From Balanoglossus misakiensis (lineage: Eukaryota; Animalia; Hemichordata), in the NCBI GenBank assembly GCA_040954595.2, contig CM082597.2:3148265-3212264 (forward strand): 64,000 nt of DNA, in the 5' to 3' direction. Shown here one piece after another: positions 14,001 to 30,740 of the stretch; position 1 is the stretch's first letter; each line of letters begins with the position of its first letter. The notes beneath the pieces are model-generated. The model searched no databases and was not told where the DNA came from. It was given only the letters and a program-made list of their open reading frames with translations. The position numbers and the translations under genes were made by a program.

Positions 14001-15880
14001 TTATCACATAGTGGTACAAATAAGTATACATGTGTGAGTGTGTTCACAGGAATATGTGTATTTCTATGACCATTATTCATACATGGTTTTGTTTTAACAA
14101 TGGTGTGTTTCATCCAACTGTGTACAAAACTTACCTTGAGACTAGTGTGTGTTGATGTAGGACTCTGCAGGCCGGTGGGTAGATCTCCAGAAATGCCAGC
14201 AAGGTCAAGCCAATGTCACACAGATAGAATATCACATCACGAAAGTCTTTGGTACTCAGAGATGACACAGTTCTGCAATAAAATAGAGAGAGTCTCATTA
14301 AAGGGACATTAGCTGTAACCTTTGCCTGGATTCAGCATCCTGATATTTGTAGCATTACCGGGAATGTTAGGTAGATATACTCCATATAGTATGAACGAAC
14401 ATTCTGGTAAAATAACAAGAAATAATTTGGGCAACTTACTGTTTTGGTGTTGATGTGATTTTCTGGGGTTCTGTACTGAAATCAGACAACCCACACTTTG
14501 TTTTGATGTCGTAAAAAACCTAGAATAAGTGATAAGGTAAAAGTTGACGTTATATTCAATTTACAGAACCTTACCAGTGGAATAAAAATTGTTGAATTTA
14601 AACATTTCTAAAAAGTGGTTTCTTTTATAGTTTTACCTGGAGAAACGTTGGTATGATATCACTGAGGTCATCTTCATACTTTGGCTGCTGTGTGAAGATG
14701 TTTGTCAGCATTTTGTTCAACAGAGTGTTGTTACCACCGTATAACACACACAAGTCAAATAGTTTTGGAATATCAAACAGAAAGTTCTCGTAAATCATAT
14801 CACCAAAGGCACTGGGAGTGATGTGGTGCTCCTGAAAGATAAAACAGAGTGAAAAATTAATACTAGGTATAACAGTTGTTTTAGCATAAATTCATTTGTT
14901 AATTTGACAGCTATTTGTTCCATAGCTTTAGGCTAGCAAACTGCTAACCCTATACTAGCCTTGGACTAGCACAGATAGCGTTCTCTGAAATAAATTATTT
15001 TCACTTACCTGAGACTCTTTATGTGTGGACATCCTTAGAAACGTCATAAACACCAGTCTATGTACAGCTCTCTGTCGCTCCATTGCAGACTGTGGAAGTC
15101 TGGTCACATGATCAAACATCCTTGGGGCATAGCGTAGATAAGAATCCAAACACCAATTAAGCGAGTCATCAAATAACACCTGTACAATTCAACAAACAAA
15201 ATGTCAGTATATAATGTTGAAGTTATATTATTTATTTTTTCAATAGAAATGTACCGTATACATTTTCTCTAATAACTGAAGCATCCTAAAATCGGTACAC
15301 TTGAGGGTGCGGTCTCACCTGACACCAAAACTTCTGATGTGACTGTTGAAGCAGCCAGTGCAGATCTTCCTCCATGTTCGTCAGGATGTCAACCCACTCC
15401 TCCAGTGAGGCTGTGTCGCCAGCATCGTCAGGGGGTGGTTTGTACTGCCGGAAGTTCACGTCCACTTTCCATCTGGGATTCTGTCAAGTCATGGTGCCAA
15501 ATTTTCAGTTAGATATGTTCCCCATGGCAACAACAATTTACAACAGATTTACTGCCTAAGTGATATTTGCAAGTTGACTGTATTCATGTTCTATTTATAC
15601 ATTATGCCATGGATACATTATACTTTATAGTATACCTGACATCATTTATTATGTAACCATATGTTAGTTGTTACACCATCCCATTTCATGCATCTCCATG
15701 ACAACATCTATATCCATGACAACATCTATATACACAGGAATGTATTTCCTCCTACATGCTCAGAATACTTACTAGAGCTTCTGTTCTCTCCACTCTACCT
15801 CCTCTCATTGTTTCCATGGTGACAAACTGCTGATCCAGTGGTAAGGCTGTTGTGTTGTCCATTTTGATATAAGATGCCAT
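11029..15880 (-). CDS. ASCC2: Activating signal cointegrator 1 complex subunit 2 (CUE-domain protein)
   Basis: Multi-exon. N-terminal ALPLDQQ..YKPPP-like segment, CLDSYLRYAPR..HRLVFMTFLRMSTHKES, CUE start SLISSVKDLLPDLGGGFI, YDDEYDDTYD, and C-terminal KEKNKSSRANHNRRAMSDKKMSKGMF. Start at ATG 15880 (or 15862). Confidence 0.92.
13078..13156 (-). mobile_element. MITE family A copy (truncated) in an ASCC2 intron
   Basis: Reverse-complement match to the core of 21632-21722. Confidence 0.7.
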
Positions 15881-16076
15881 TATTGCTAGTTAGGTTAGAG
15901 GTCCTGGTTATTTGGTACTTGTAATCTATCAGTGGGGTAAAATATTAGTGATAACAGATGCCAAAATTTACCAGACACAATGATCAACAGTGTCCATGAA
16001 TGATGAAATGAACACAAGGGGCAGATCGAACTTGATAAACTATAAAATTGAACCAATAGCAAAACGCAAACCTTAC

Positions 16077-16264
16077 CTCACTCGAGTTTCTTTCTCGCTA
16101 ACAATATATACACGTTTTCTATCAGTATTTACTGTCCCAAGAAGCAGAAACTGTCCCGATCGCTAGTTTGCACAACGAAAGGCAACACTCCAGCTGATAA
16201 AGGTCGAAGGTCAACACAGGTTGACCCCAGCAGGTCACCGCAATGTACATTGGGTAAATCCAAA
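16077..16264. promoter_or_regulatory. Bidirectional promoter between ASCC2 (non-coding exon 1) and BUD13
   Basis: A minus-strand donor GAG|GTAAGG near 16077 lies under 200 bp from the BUD13 ATG at 16265, which sits in a YY1-like CAAAATGGC context. Confidence 0.55.
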
Positions 16265-18700
16265 ATGGCTGCGCTCAGTAAGCAAGAATATCTAAAGCGT
16301 TACCTGTCCAACAACGAGGACGAAACGACAAAGAAAAAGAAGAGGAAAAAGCCTAAAACCGGAACGAAAAGCTCAAGGTCAGTCTTGGGAACGCTTGAGA
16401 GGCAGACAATCGTATTGTACAGATCAAAACCCGCCTCATACGCACTTGTGTACATACATGTACATCGTACTCGTGTCGTAGCTGTTCTGCTTACACTGTA
16501 CAGGTCTGTGTGTTCTCGCCGTTACACAGCCTATGTAACGCCGGGAACACACAGACCTGTACGCAGGGCTACACAAGCCCCAGTAACAGCACAGCCACTT
16601 ATCACATCTCTCATGATCATCTAACAGTGTTAGGATCGTGGACGATGACATCGCCATCGAGTCGTTCGCCCCCAAGGTGGAGGACATCGAGGAGGCACCA
16701 TTCCAGGACGAAGCACCTCAGGTTGTCGGCATGGTGGATGAAAGACCGGATGAAGTCATCCAGATGGAGAAGTACCAAGCGGAAGGAAAGTGGAAAAAGA
16801 TGAAAGAAACAGGAGGCAAGTTATTTTTTGAGCACTCACATTTATTACAACCTTACAGTAATAACAAGTGGTCGTACATCTCTTTGTACACTATCTACAG
16901 ATTACATGAGTAAAGTTGCATTTGTTTCATTTGACAGAAGTGTCAACTGCCAGCAGACGACACGATTCTGATGTTGACCAATCCCCAGTGAGACCGAGCC
17001 GCAGACAACGGCATGATTCGGATGATGATATGTCACCCCCAAGGCGATCCAGACATGATTCAGATTCAGATTCGGACCTCTCACCACCAAGGACAGACCC
17101 GGGATCTGAAAAGAAAAGATCCCGTCATGACTCGTCTGATTCTGACTTGTCACCTCCCAGAGTGAAACCCAGCCAATCCCGGTCTCCCGTCGGGAGGCGC
17201 AGGCATGACTCGGATTCAGATTCAGATATGTCGCCACCCAGGACTAGAAAGCCCGAGTCGAAAAGCGGGGCGCGCTCCGGAAGGAGACAGTACGACTCAG
17301 ATCCGTCCCCACCGAGACGGACGAAACAGAAATCAAGAGACGGCGATTCTGATCAGTCGCCACCCAGGAAAAAGGCAGCAAAACCAACAAAAGGAAGGCA
17401 CGATTCAGACTCGGACCAAAGTCCTCCCCGCAAGCAGTCGCGGGAGAAGGGTTCAAAGAAGCCGGCAAGGACAATGTCTGGTTCCACGGCAGGACTCTCG
17501 GATGCGGCAACTCTGAGACGGGAGAACGAGGAGAGGAGGCGGCGAGACAAGGAAATGTTCAAGAATTTGTCGCATGATGTCTCTGGACGAGATGCAGGTA
17601 GGCTACGCTTGTATTGTGTAAAGGTAACTTGCCTATTGATTTTGACTTGTGTACACATAAAAAGTACATGTAGTTGTAAACTAATTTTGTCACACTGGGA
17701 ATTGCTAGAGAACCCACATCGGTACTATTGCCATTGTCACAAAATCTTGTGCATAGCTGAGTGAAATTATACTAAACTTATCACTCATGCAAACAAATTT
17801 GATTAGCATGTTTAACATTGAGTTATAGATTCCACAAAATGTTCTGAACAGGAGATTCACTTGTTATGATTTTACAGAGACTGTGTATCGTGACAAGGGA
17901 GGAAAGAGGAGGGACTTGAAGTTGGAGAAAATAAAACAACGGGAAGAGGAAGCCAAGAAGGCAGAGGAGACGGAAAAGTACATGGAATGGGGTCGAGGGT
18001 AAGGAATATCCCATAGCACTTGCTGTTGTGAATCTTGTTTGTGTGTGTGCTACTGGCCTTAGAGTTTGTAGATCAGGTCTGGGCTAAACCAGGGCCAACT
18101 GGGCTTTGTCAATGTAATTATACATTCTGTCCTTTTTGCTCTCTGTTTATCACAGGGTAACACAGACCAAGACTGCTAAAGACAAGCTAGAAGATCACAT
18201 GTACGAGATGTCCAAGCCACTGGCCCGTTACAAAGACGACAAAGACCTGGATGAAATGCTGAAAGAGAAAGACAGAGAAGGAGATCCTATGTTGGCCTTC
18301 TTGAAGAAAAAACAAAGCAAGATGGCCGAGAAATCGGGTATTCCAGGTAATAAGGTGTATTATGTAGAAATGTTTTCAGCCGGACAAGAAAAAACAGCCA
18401 GATGCAGCCCATAGTATTTTCATATGTATAGTGTGTGTTTCTAGTAGGACAGGTTTTCCAAATTAGACAGGGTTTGGTTTAGACCTGTTTACTGTGCTAA
18501 CAAGGTTTTACTTTTCTTCTGTAGTGAAACCAAAGTACAAGGGACCAGAACCTCCGCCGAACAGGTTCAACATCTGGCCCGGCTACAGGTGGGACGGCGT
18601 GAATCGCTCCAATGGATACGAGAAGAAGTGGTTTCAGAAGCGCAGTGACAATAAAGCCATGACGGAAATTGCCTACAAGTGGAGCGTTGAGGACATGTAG
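16265..18700 (+). CDS. BUD13: BUD13 homolog (RES splicing complex)
   Basis: [15 protein letters not shown], repeated RHDSDSDxSPPR units, [19 protein letters not shown], and C-terminal [33 protein letters not shown]; six exons. Confidence 0.95.
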
Positions 18701-19456
18701 ATAATTGGTGCTGTTTTAAAATGAGTGACCACAGACCAAACCTGGCCTGGTTTACAAAGCCTCCAGATATGTGTGCATTTACACCAGACCAAGAGATTGT
18801 GTCACATAAATCTTCTGAACTTTTTTTGTATTTAATAGCATGTAAGCAACCTATATGAATACAAAGACCACAGCAGGAAGGATATGACAGGAACCAAGCG
18901 TATAATCTGATTTTGGTCAAACTGTGTCGACAGCTGGTTCTGCATAGGTGCATCTGATATACACTTTTTATTTAACATTTGAAAACTTGACAGTACGTAC
19001 AGAACTCGAAACAGTTTCCTAGTTGAACCTTGGAAAACAACAGGAATTTCATAGTGGACTGAAGCACACTGCCAATATGTACAGTGGCGTGATTTTATGT
19101 AATAAATATTTTTGTAGATTATCTGTGATGTAAGATGTCCGTTTCCTTGTCCCAAGTAACATTTATTTCAGTGTCAAGAAAATTAAAAAAATATCTGATA
19201 CAAAATACTAGTTAAGCATCTTTTTTTTAACCTGAACTCCAACTTGACCACTTGAAAGACTCCTTGAGAATGGAATTTACAAAACTATTATACCTGATAA
19301 TTTTATTTTGTGGTAATTAACAGCACAGACGTGTATATTTCACGGGGAAACAAGCAGGGAATTGGGGATATCACCGTCGGCCTCCCCTCTTACGTAGAAT
19401 GGATTCACCCACAGGCTGTTGTCAGTTTCAGGTCAAAGGTTGTGCTAAAGTACAAC

Positions 19457-24499
<5,043 letters not shown>

Positions 24500-25932
24500 C
24501 GTAGGATTTTAATTGAAGAATCGTGAACTGTAGGATTATTTAACCATGACACTGGTTGGCTGAAATTCAAGAGGTATACCAATGCAAGCAACTCAATGTC
24601 TGTCAAAACCAAAGATCACTGATGGAAAGCAAACAACACTAATTCAGTTGAATATTTTCAACTGTCGACCATTTTCTCTGAGTGATATTTTTGTAAGGTC
24701 TGAAATTTACAATTCTTGCTAATTTTGTAGTGATGTATTCTTCCAGTCTGGTTCCTTGGCTGTGTAAATCGCCACCTTCCCCAGTTTCTGGGCAAAATGG
24801 CCGCCATATGGCATAACTACCAAGAATCCAAGATGGCTGCCACCATGAAACAGAATAGCAAGATGTTTCAGTCTTTGCTGGTGCTAAGGTATATGGTGAA
24901 ATTGTGTCTGTCCAGTGCCAAATCGTAGGTGGAGCTTAATTGAAGGATATTGTATTATACTAGGCTTTTTGGAAGATGGGATTAAAAACTTTTCCTGAGG
25001 AAAATAATTGTCAAATCAACTGTCTTGTCAAGAAGCGAATGTGCAATGGAAGAAGGGATTGTTAGGTAATTTCAATAAATAGGATAGTGTGTTATCTAAC
25101 CCCAGATGCCACTTTATTGGCAAGTCTACCTTCTAAGTATTTTAGATCCCATGCTTGAATTGTTAATTTGTGTGTATGTACTTTAAGTCTGTATAGAATA
25201 ATGAAACAAATTGCCATGTGTGTGAATTCGCAATAAATTTAATAATTTCCTGCATTCTGTGTCTCTTGTTTTTATCTTTGCAGCTAAAAACGTACACATA
25301 TTTTATCGCCAACATAAAAAGGTTTTGACACCAATATCTGGACACTACCTGAAATCACAGTGTAATACAAACTAAATGACAAATTACCTACATACTACCA
25401 GGCGTTTAAAAGCGGTGAAAATAAATACATGTAGCTGAGCATGTTTAAAGCAATTCATGTGTTTCTAGTATTATCTGTATCTCACCAACAAATGTTTTTA
25501 TTTTTTTTTCAAAATAACCTTAAAAATGACATCATAAGCATTTGAAGGAACATCCAATAGCAAGTCAAGCAGATTACCATTACCGGTATTTGATTTCTGA
25601 GAACTTGATTTCTTTCAAAAAATTATCTCAAGTTTATCTGAGAATCCTTCCACTTATAATCATTTACTGTGATGAATATTAACTTCAGTCAAAGTCTTTC
25701 ACAAGTGTTGGATACACTGATAATTCCAAAAGCCTTCATCATCACTGTATTTCAAGTGAGATAGTCAAACTTTTTCACTTGTCAACCAATAAGCTTGAAG
25801 ATATCTGAAAAAGCTACCTTAGCTTTCTGTAAAATAGGTTCCACTATCACTGCTTGAAGCATACAGTATGTCATTGAATTTGTAAATGACAGAGAGGAAA
25901 TACACAAATTTCCAACTGAAAACCGAGTCTTT

Positions 25933-27521
25933 TTAATCAATTTTGCCATTTCTGGATAGTTTTTCTTTCTTCTCTAATGCCAGCACTTCTTTCATGGGTC
26001 CTTTTCCTTCGAACGATGACGGATATCGGAATGAGCCACCGATACGGTCCCACAGCGTGAAGAACTGACCGTAGTTGTAATTGAAGAAGATGTGATGGTC
26101 GGTGTGGTGGGCTGATCCGTTGACGATCGGCTCCAAGACGCCGGGGACACGGAAATCTCCGTCGTGGATGCTCACAGTCCAGATGTTGACAAAGACGAAG
26201 AGCGTCAAGTAGACGTACTTGTGAAGCGGGAAGAGGAAGGGGTAGATGTGGTAGGGGACGCTCTGCAGGAAGCCGTCGGCCGGGTGGAACGCGTGGCTGG
26301 CAAACGGCGTGGGGATCTTCCACTTGTGGTGGGGCTTGTGGATGTACTTGTAGATGAGAGGGTGGTGCAGCCAGCGATGAATCCAGTAAATTAGCATATC
26401 CGTGAAGAACAGGAAGGAGAGGACATCCACAACGATGCTGAAGTAACCTGCAAGTGAAAGAAAAACTGGTATTAAACATGTACATTTAAAGTCACAAAGC
26501 GTAGAATCAGTGTATACTAAAACATTCTGGAGACTTTATAGACAGTGTAGAACTATTCCCATTACATATCTCTTTGGGGACTCTGTGTGGTTGTTACTAA
26601 TGACTTCCTGTACACAATGTTTTTGTAATAATATCATAGTATCATAGTAATGATGGACATTTTAATTCCCTTAGTAATCAGTCTTTAGGAGATGCAGACG
26701 TCATTTCCCGTTGTAAACAAACTTGCTGGTTATTTCAGAGTATTAATTGGTTCTACAGGGAAATTAAGTCGAATACAACATTTATCAAGGATTGTTTGTA
26801 CAGTATTTGAGCAACATCACAAACTTACCTAGCTGCGTCTTGGAAATATCACAGTGAAGGTAGCTGTAACCATTGACCTCAAGCACAAACAGCAAACATG
26901 TTGGCAGGCTCATCAGAGGTACTGATTTACAAGTATAGATAATCTCTTTGCGGACTTGATTCTACATACAAAGACAAAAGAGAATTAATTAAAATAATTT
27001 ATCTGAATTAACTTAGTTTTTTTAGTTCAAATTGCCATTACAGTATGCAATCCCCAGTATTTTGCTTGTCAAAACTAAAGTGTAGATTTAACTAAAGTAT
27101 AGACTTAAGTTTTCAATACTGAAGTATATACTTCATTTTTTAACACAGTAATAACAGTTTTTATGCATATACACAGGCTGCGTCAGTAGTATAACAATAG
27201 GGTCAACCTACAGGTAGTCTAATATCTAGATGTGTGTCTAGATATTAGACCACACATCCAGATACTTGACTAACCTACAAGGTGCTGTATCAATACTGTA
27301 CATTCTCTCACCTCTAATATCTGTGGATGTTTTAACAACCGGTGATCAAAGATGAAAAAGTAACTCAAAGATGCTGTGGACAGGTACAAAAAGTAGCCAC
27401 CAAGGTTCACAATGACCAGCAGACTCAGGAACTGTCTCAACCAATCATCTTCAGGCCAGGATTCTGGGTAGACGTATGGTGTGAAGACGTGCTGATCAGC
27501 CAGCCCTAGTACTACATCCAT
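25933..27521 (-). CDS. SC5D: Lathosterol oxidase / sterol C5-desaturase
   Basis: Coding exons about 27521-27312, 26961-26829 and 26447-25933; [19 protein letters not shown], His boxes HRWLH, HKPHH and [20 protein letters not shown]. Non-coding exon 1 donor near 28097. Confidence 0.95.
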
Positions 27522-29059
27522 CTTGAAAGTCTCCTGATGAAGAAACAAACCATCAATTAAGCAAATGCCATCACAGTTACACCCTGGTGTAATTTAGTCA
27601 AACCGAAATCTCTCCCTTGTTCAGATTATATCGACATGACCATCTCTGCATGTCACATGTACGAAGTCCAACCCAGCCCTGAATGATGACGGCATGGGTC
27701 TGCTAATGTTCAATTTTTTGGTCAGGCTATCCAACTCAGAGAGTAACCCACACTAGCATATACATAAAAACACAAACGCAACACACTATAGGGATATGTA
27801 TAGTCACCAAACCATGTGTACAAAAAAAAAAAAAATACACAAAAGCCACAAGTTAGAACTCAATCTTTTCACAATGTTAGGCTGACGGGATGGTATTACC
27901 TATGTAATTCCCAATCACCGTTATGTATGATGACAATCTCTCCACTATTTTAATTAATAATAGTTACTTTGCTATATATTAAAATTCAACAGTGTCAGTC
28001 GACACCAATCACCAATTAACCACCTTTGACTTAGAAACTGTATCACCCAAACAAACCATGACGTAGTATACAGTCAGTTATGTATCGTACACTTACCGAA
28101 CGTTTGCAGAAAACTTTCTGATTTCGTCAACAGCAATAATATATGTACACCTCTACTATCGTCTGATGTGACCGGCCAGTGTACACGGGAATTTTGTCGG
28201 CGAGCGGTTGATCATCAACTAGTCTGTCACCTACCCGGACAGACAGTGGTGAAATTTACATATAGCAGACACTGCTTATGTCATTTTCATCCCTAGGGAA
28301 GACCGGCTTGCACTCTGATTGGCCAGAATGATGTGGCACGATCCATGTGTGGAGCTCGTGAATAATTAGGGCTGCAACAAGAAAGGGACGCGCACGCGCG
28401 CGTGATTCAAGGATGACCTGACTGCAACGTCAAGTTCAAAGTGAAATTGGGACACGCTATTGTTACATTATGTAATTAATAGTTTGTTAGTGTAAATGCT
28501 CCTTTGCGAGAGCGAATGATTTCGATTTGATTGGGCACTCGCGCTATGACAAGACCCCTTGTCAGTTTCACTGTACATTGTTGTACCAGAAATCTACCAA
28601 GGGCTGGCTCAGTTCTTTGCTTCGATGCTACAGCTTTATTTCAATCAAACATGGAAAATATTGTTGCCGATACCGTCAAAATAATACGCGGAAAATATAA
28701 AGTACCATATAGAAAAAATAAATGAAATGTACACGTTGCCTTGTGGTAGTGTTGACCACCTTTCCCAAGGGTAACTTCCCTATAAAGTAATGGTATCAAC
28801 TGTATAGGTCATCGATCGTCCTCTGGCCATCTTCGGCAATAATCGGAAAATTTGCACTTTACCACATATTCTTCTCAGAAACGTCGCCTATCTTTGGAAA
28901 TGGTTATCTATATATTATAAATTAATATCATGATATATAAACTGGGGAAAAAGTAAAGAAACTTTAGATCAAATAAACAATAATTTTTGACCCGAAAATT
29001 AATTTATGCATTGGGTCGATGTGACTCGCGACCTCACGTACGAACGCAAAGTTACCAAC

Positions 29060-29956
29060 ATGTCGCGAATGGCAGCAAAATTGGGCAATTCTTTGGTCAC
29101 GAAGGGACCCAAACTGGCCCAGGGTGAGTTGGGAAAACTTATTCCTCAATATCTAACCAGGTTCACACTACAGTGAATAGTCAAGTGGCAAATTACATAT
29201 GACATTCTAATCAATTTCCAGTTGAAGATGGCCGCCTCCAGCCGGCATGCCAGTTGACGAATTCGTGTTCAAAGACATGTTAATTTGTTTTAGATAACGA
29301 TTTCTGTATGCTTATATCATCCTCTGGAAATGGTACCTTAGGATAATTACGCGCAGGCTTTTAATTGAAGTGAAAAACGGGAGGCAGTAGTATTTTATCA
29401 CTTGAAAATCCCTAACCCTACAACCCTACATAGTAGTACATGTATGATGGTACCAGCATAGCACTGCATAAAGGTGTGTGTATTTTACAATTCGACTATG
29501 CCTGAATTATAGGTCTAGCTGAGTGGTCCAAGCCAAGACTGTCAAGGTTCTGGTATTATGCCAGAGTGGAACTAGCACCACCAAAGCCATCAGAGTTTGG
29601 GGCTGTACAGAAAGGACTTCAAGAAGTCGTAGCATCAGCAAGGACAGGCAAATGGAAAACTCTCACTGTTAGGGTAAGTCACTGTTATGGTGGCTGATTA
29701 CTCCTTTCGTCGTGGAAAGTCTCCCATTAGAACCAAACAACCGTTTAAATTCTTATATCAACTGTTCTTGTTCCCGATATTTGCTGACAATGGTCTTGTA
29801 TCTTTTCTGTTTGCTTTGCAGCAAGCCTGGCTGAACACCCTAGTTGCCATGGAAATCTGTTTCTGGTTTTTCGTCGGGGAACAAATAGGAAGGCGCAGTA
29901 TAATTGGTTACGATGTCAAATATGCAGTAGAACCCCCCAAGCACTCTCCAATTTAG
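29060..29956 (+). CDS. ATP5MG: Mitochondrial ATP synthase subunit g
   Basis: Three exons: MSRMAAKLG...; KPRLSRFWYYARVELAPP..ARTGKWKTLTVR; QAWLNTLVAMEICFWFFVGEQIGRRSIIGYDV. Confidence 0.95.
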
Positions 29957-30740
29957 ACTTGATAAAACGTGTTGAATTGTATTTTTCTGGAACCATGTTG
30001 AGGGCTCTCTTCTCCCACCACACAGAACTGTAAATATTTTCTGAGTGGGCTGTTACCATGGAAATGGTATAAAAACCAGGATGAAGTAGGACCTCAGCAT
30101 GGTGTCAACATTTTGTGTGCATTTAATTTAGTTGTGTACTGTGGTTTTTTGAATGACTAAAATGGTATGTCATTTTGCAAGCCCAACCTATGGTAAAATA
30201 TCAACTTTGCCTTTTCCTGGATTCCTTGTGGTGTATTAATAAATAATTGAAATTTCAAGTTTTAATCAGCGTTGTCTTGTCTGTAAAATACTGTATCTTA
30301 TAGTGGATTTAGTGGATCCGATGATAATTTCTCATTAATTATCAAGTATTGTAATTTATCTCTCCGATATCATCAAGGTTCTTAATTAAGAATTTTCAAA
30401 TAAGGCTGAGGTTCTTAATGGGGAGATTTTATTACAAAAGTGAATGACATGGTTCTGGAAAACTGTTTTACAAAGAAGATGAAAATAAAATATAACACAT
30501 GATTGATGACAGCTGGGCTAACAAATAAATGAGAATCTTTTCTCGTGGGATGCTCTCTGGAGATTAAACGTGCTGAATAATTTTTTCAGCTTTTCTATCT
30601 CCAAGTATACAGCAACTGTTTAGGAATGACCAGGACTATTTGCATTTGAAAACTGGTCTCATAAGTGACGTGTATACAATACATATATTCTGAACCCGCC
30701 CATAAAATAGAAAAACTTTTGCGTGAATAACACTGATGTA

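Noticed and set aside
24790-24846. Repeated AAAATGGCCGCC / AAGATGGCTGCC motifs in the GK 3' UTR
   Set aside because: YY1-like words that are common in repeat remnants; no further structure.
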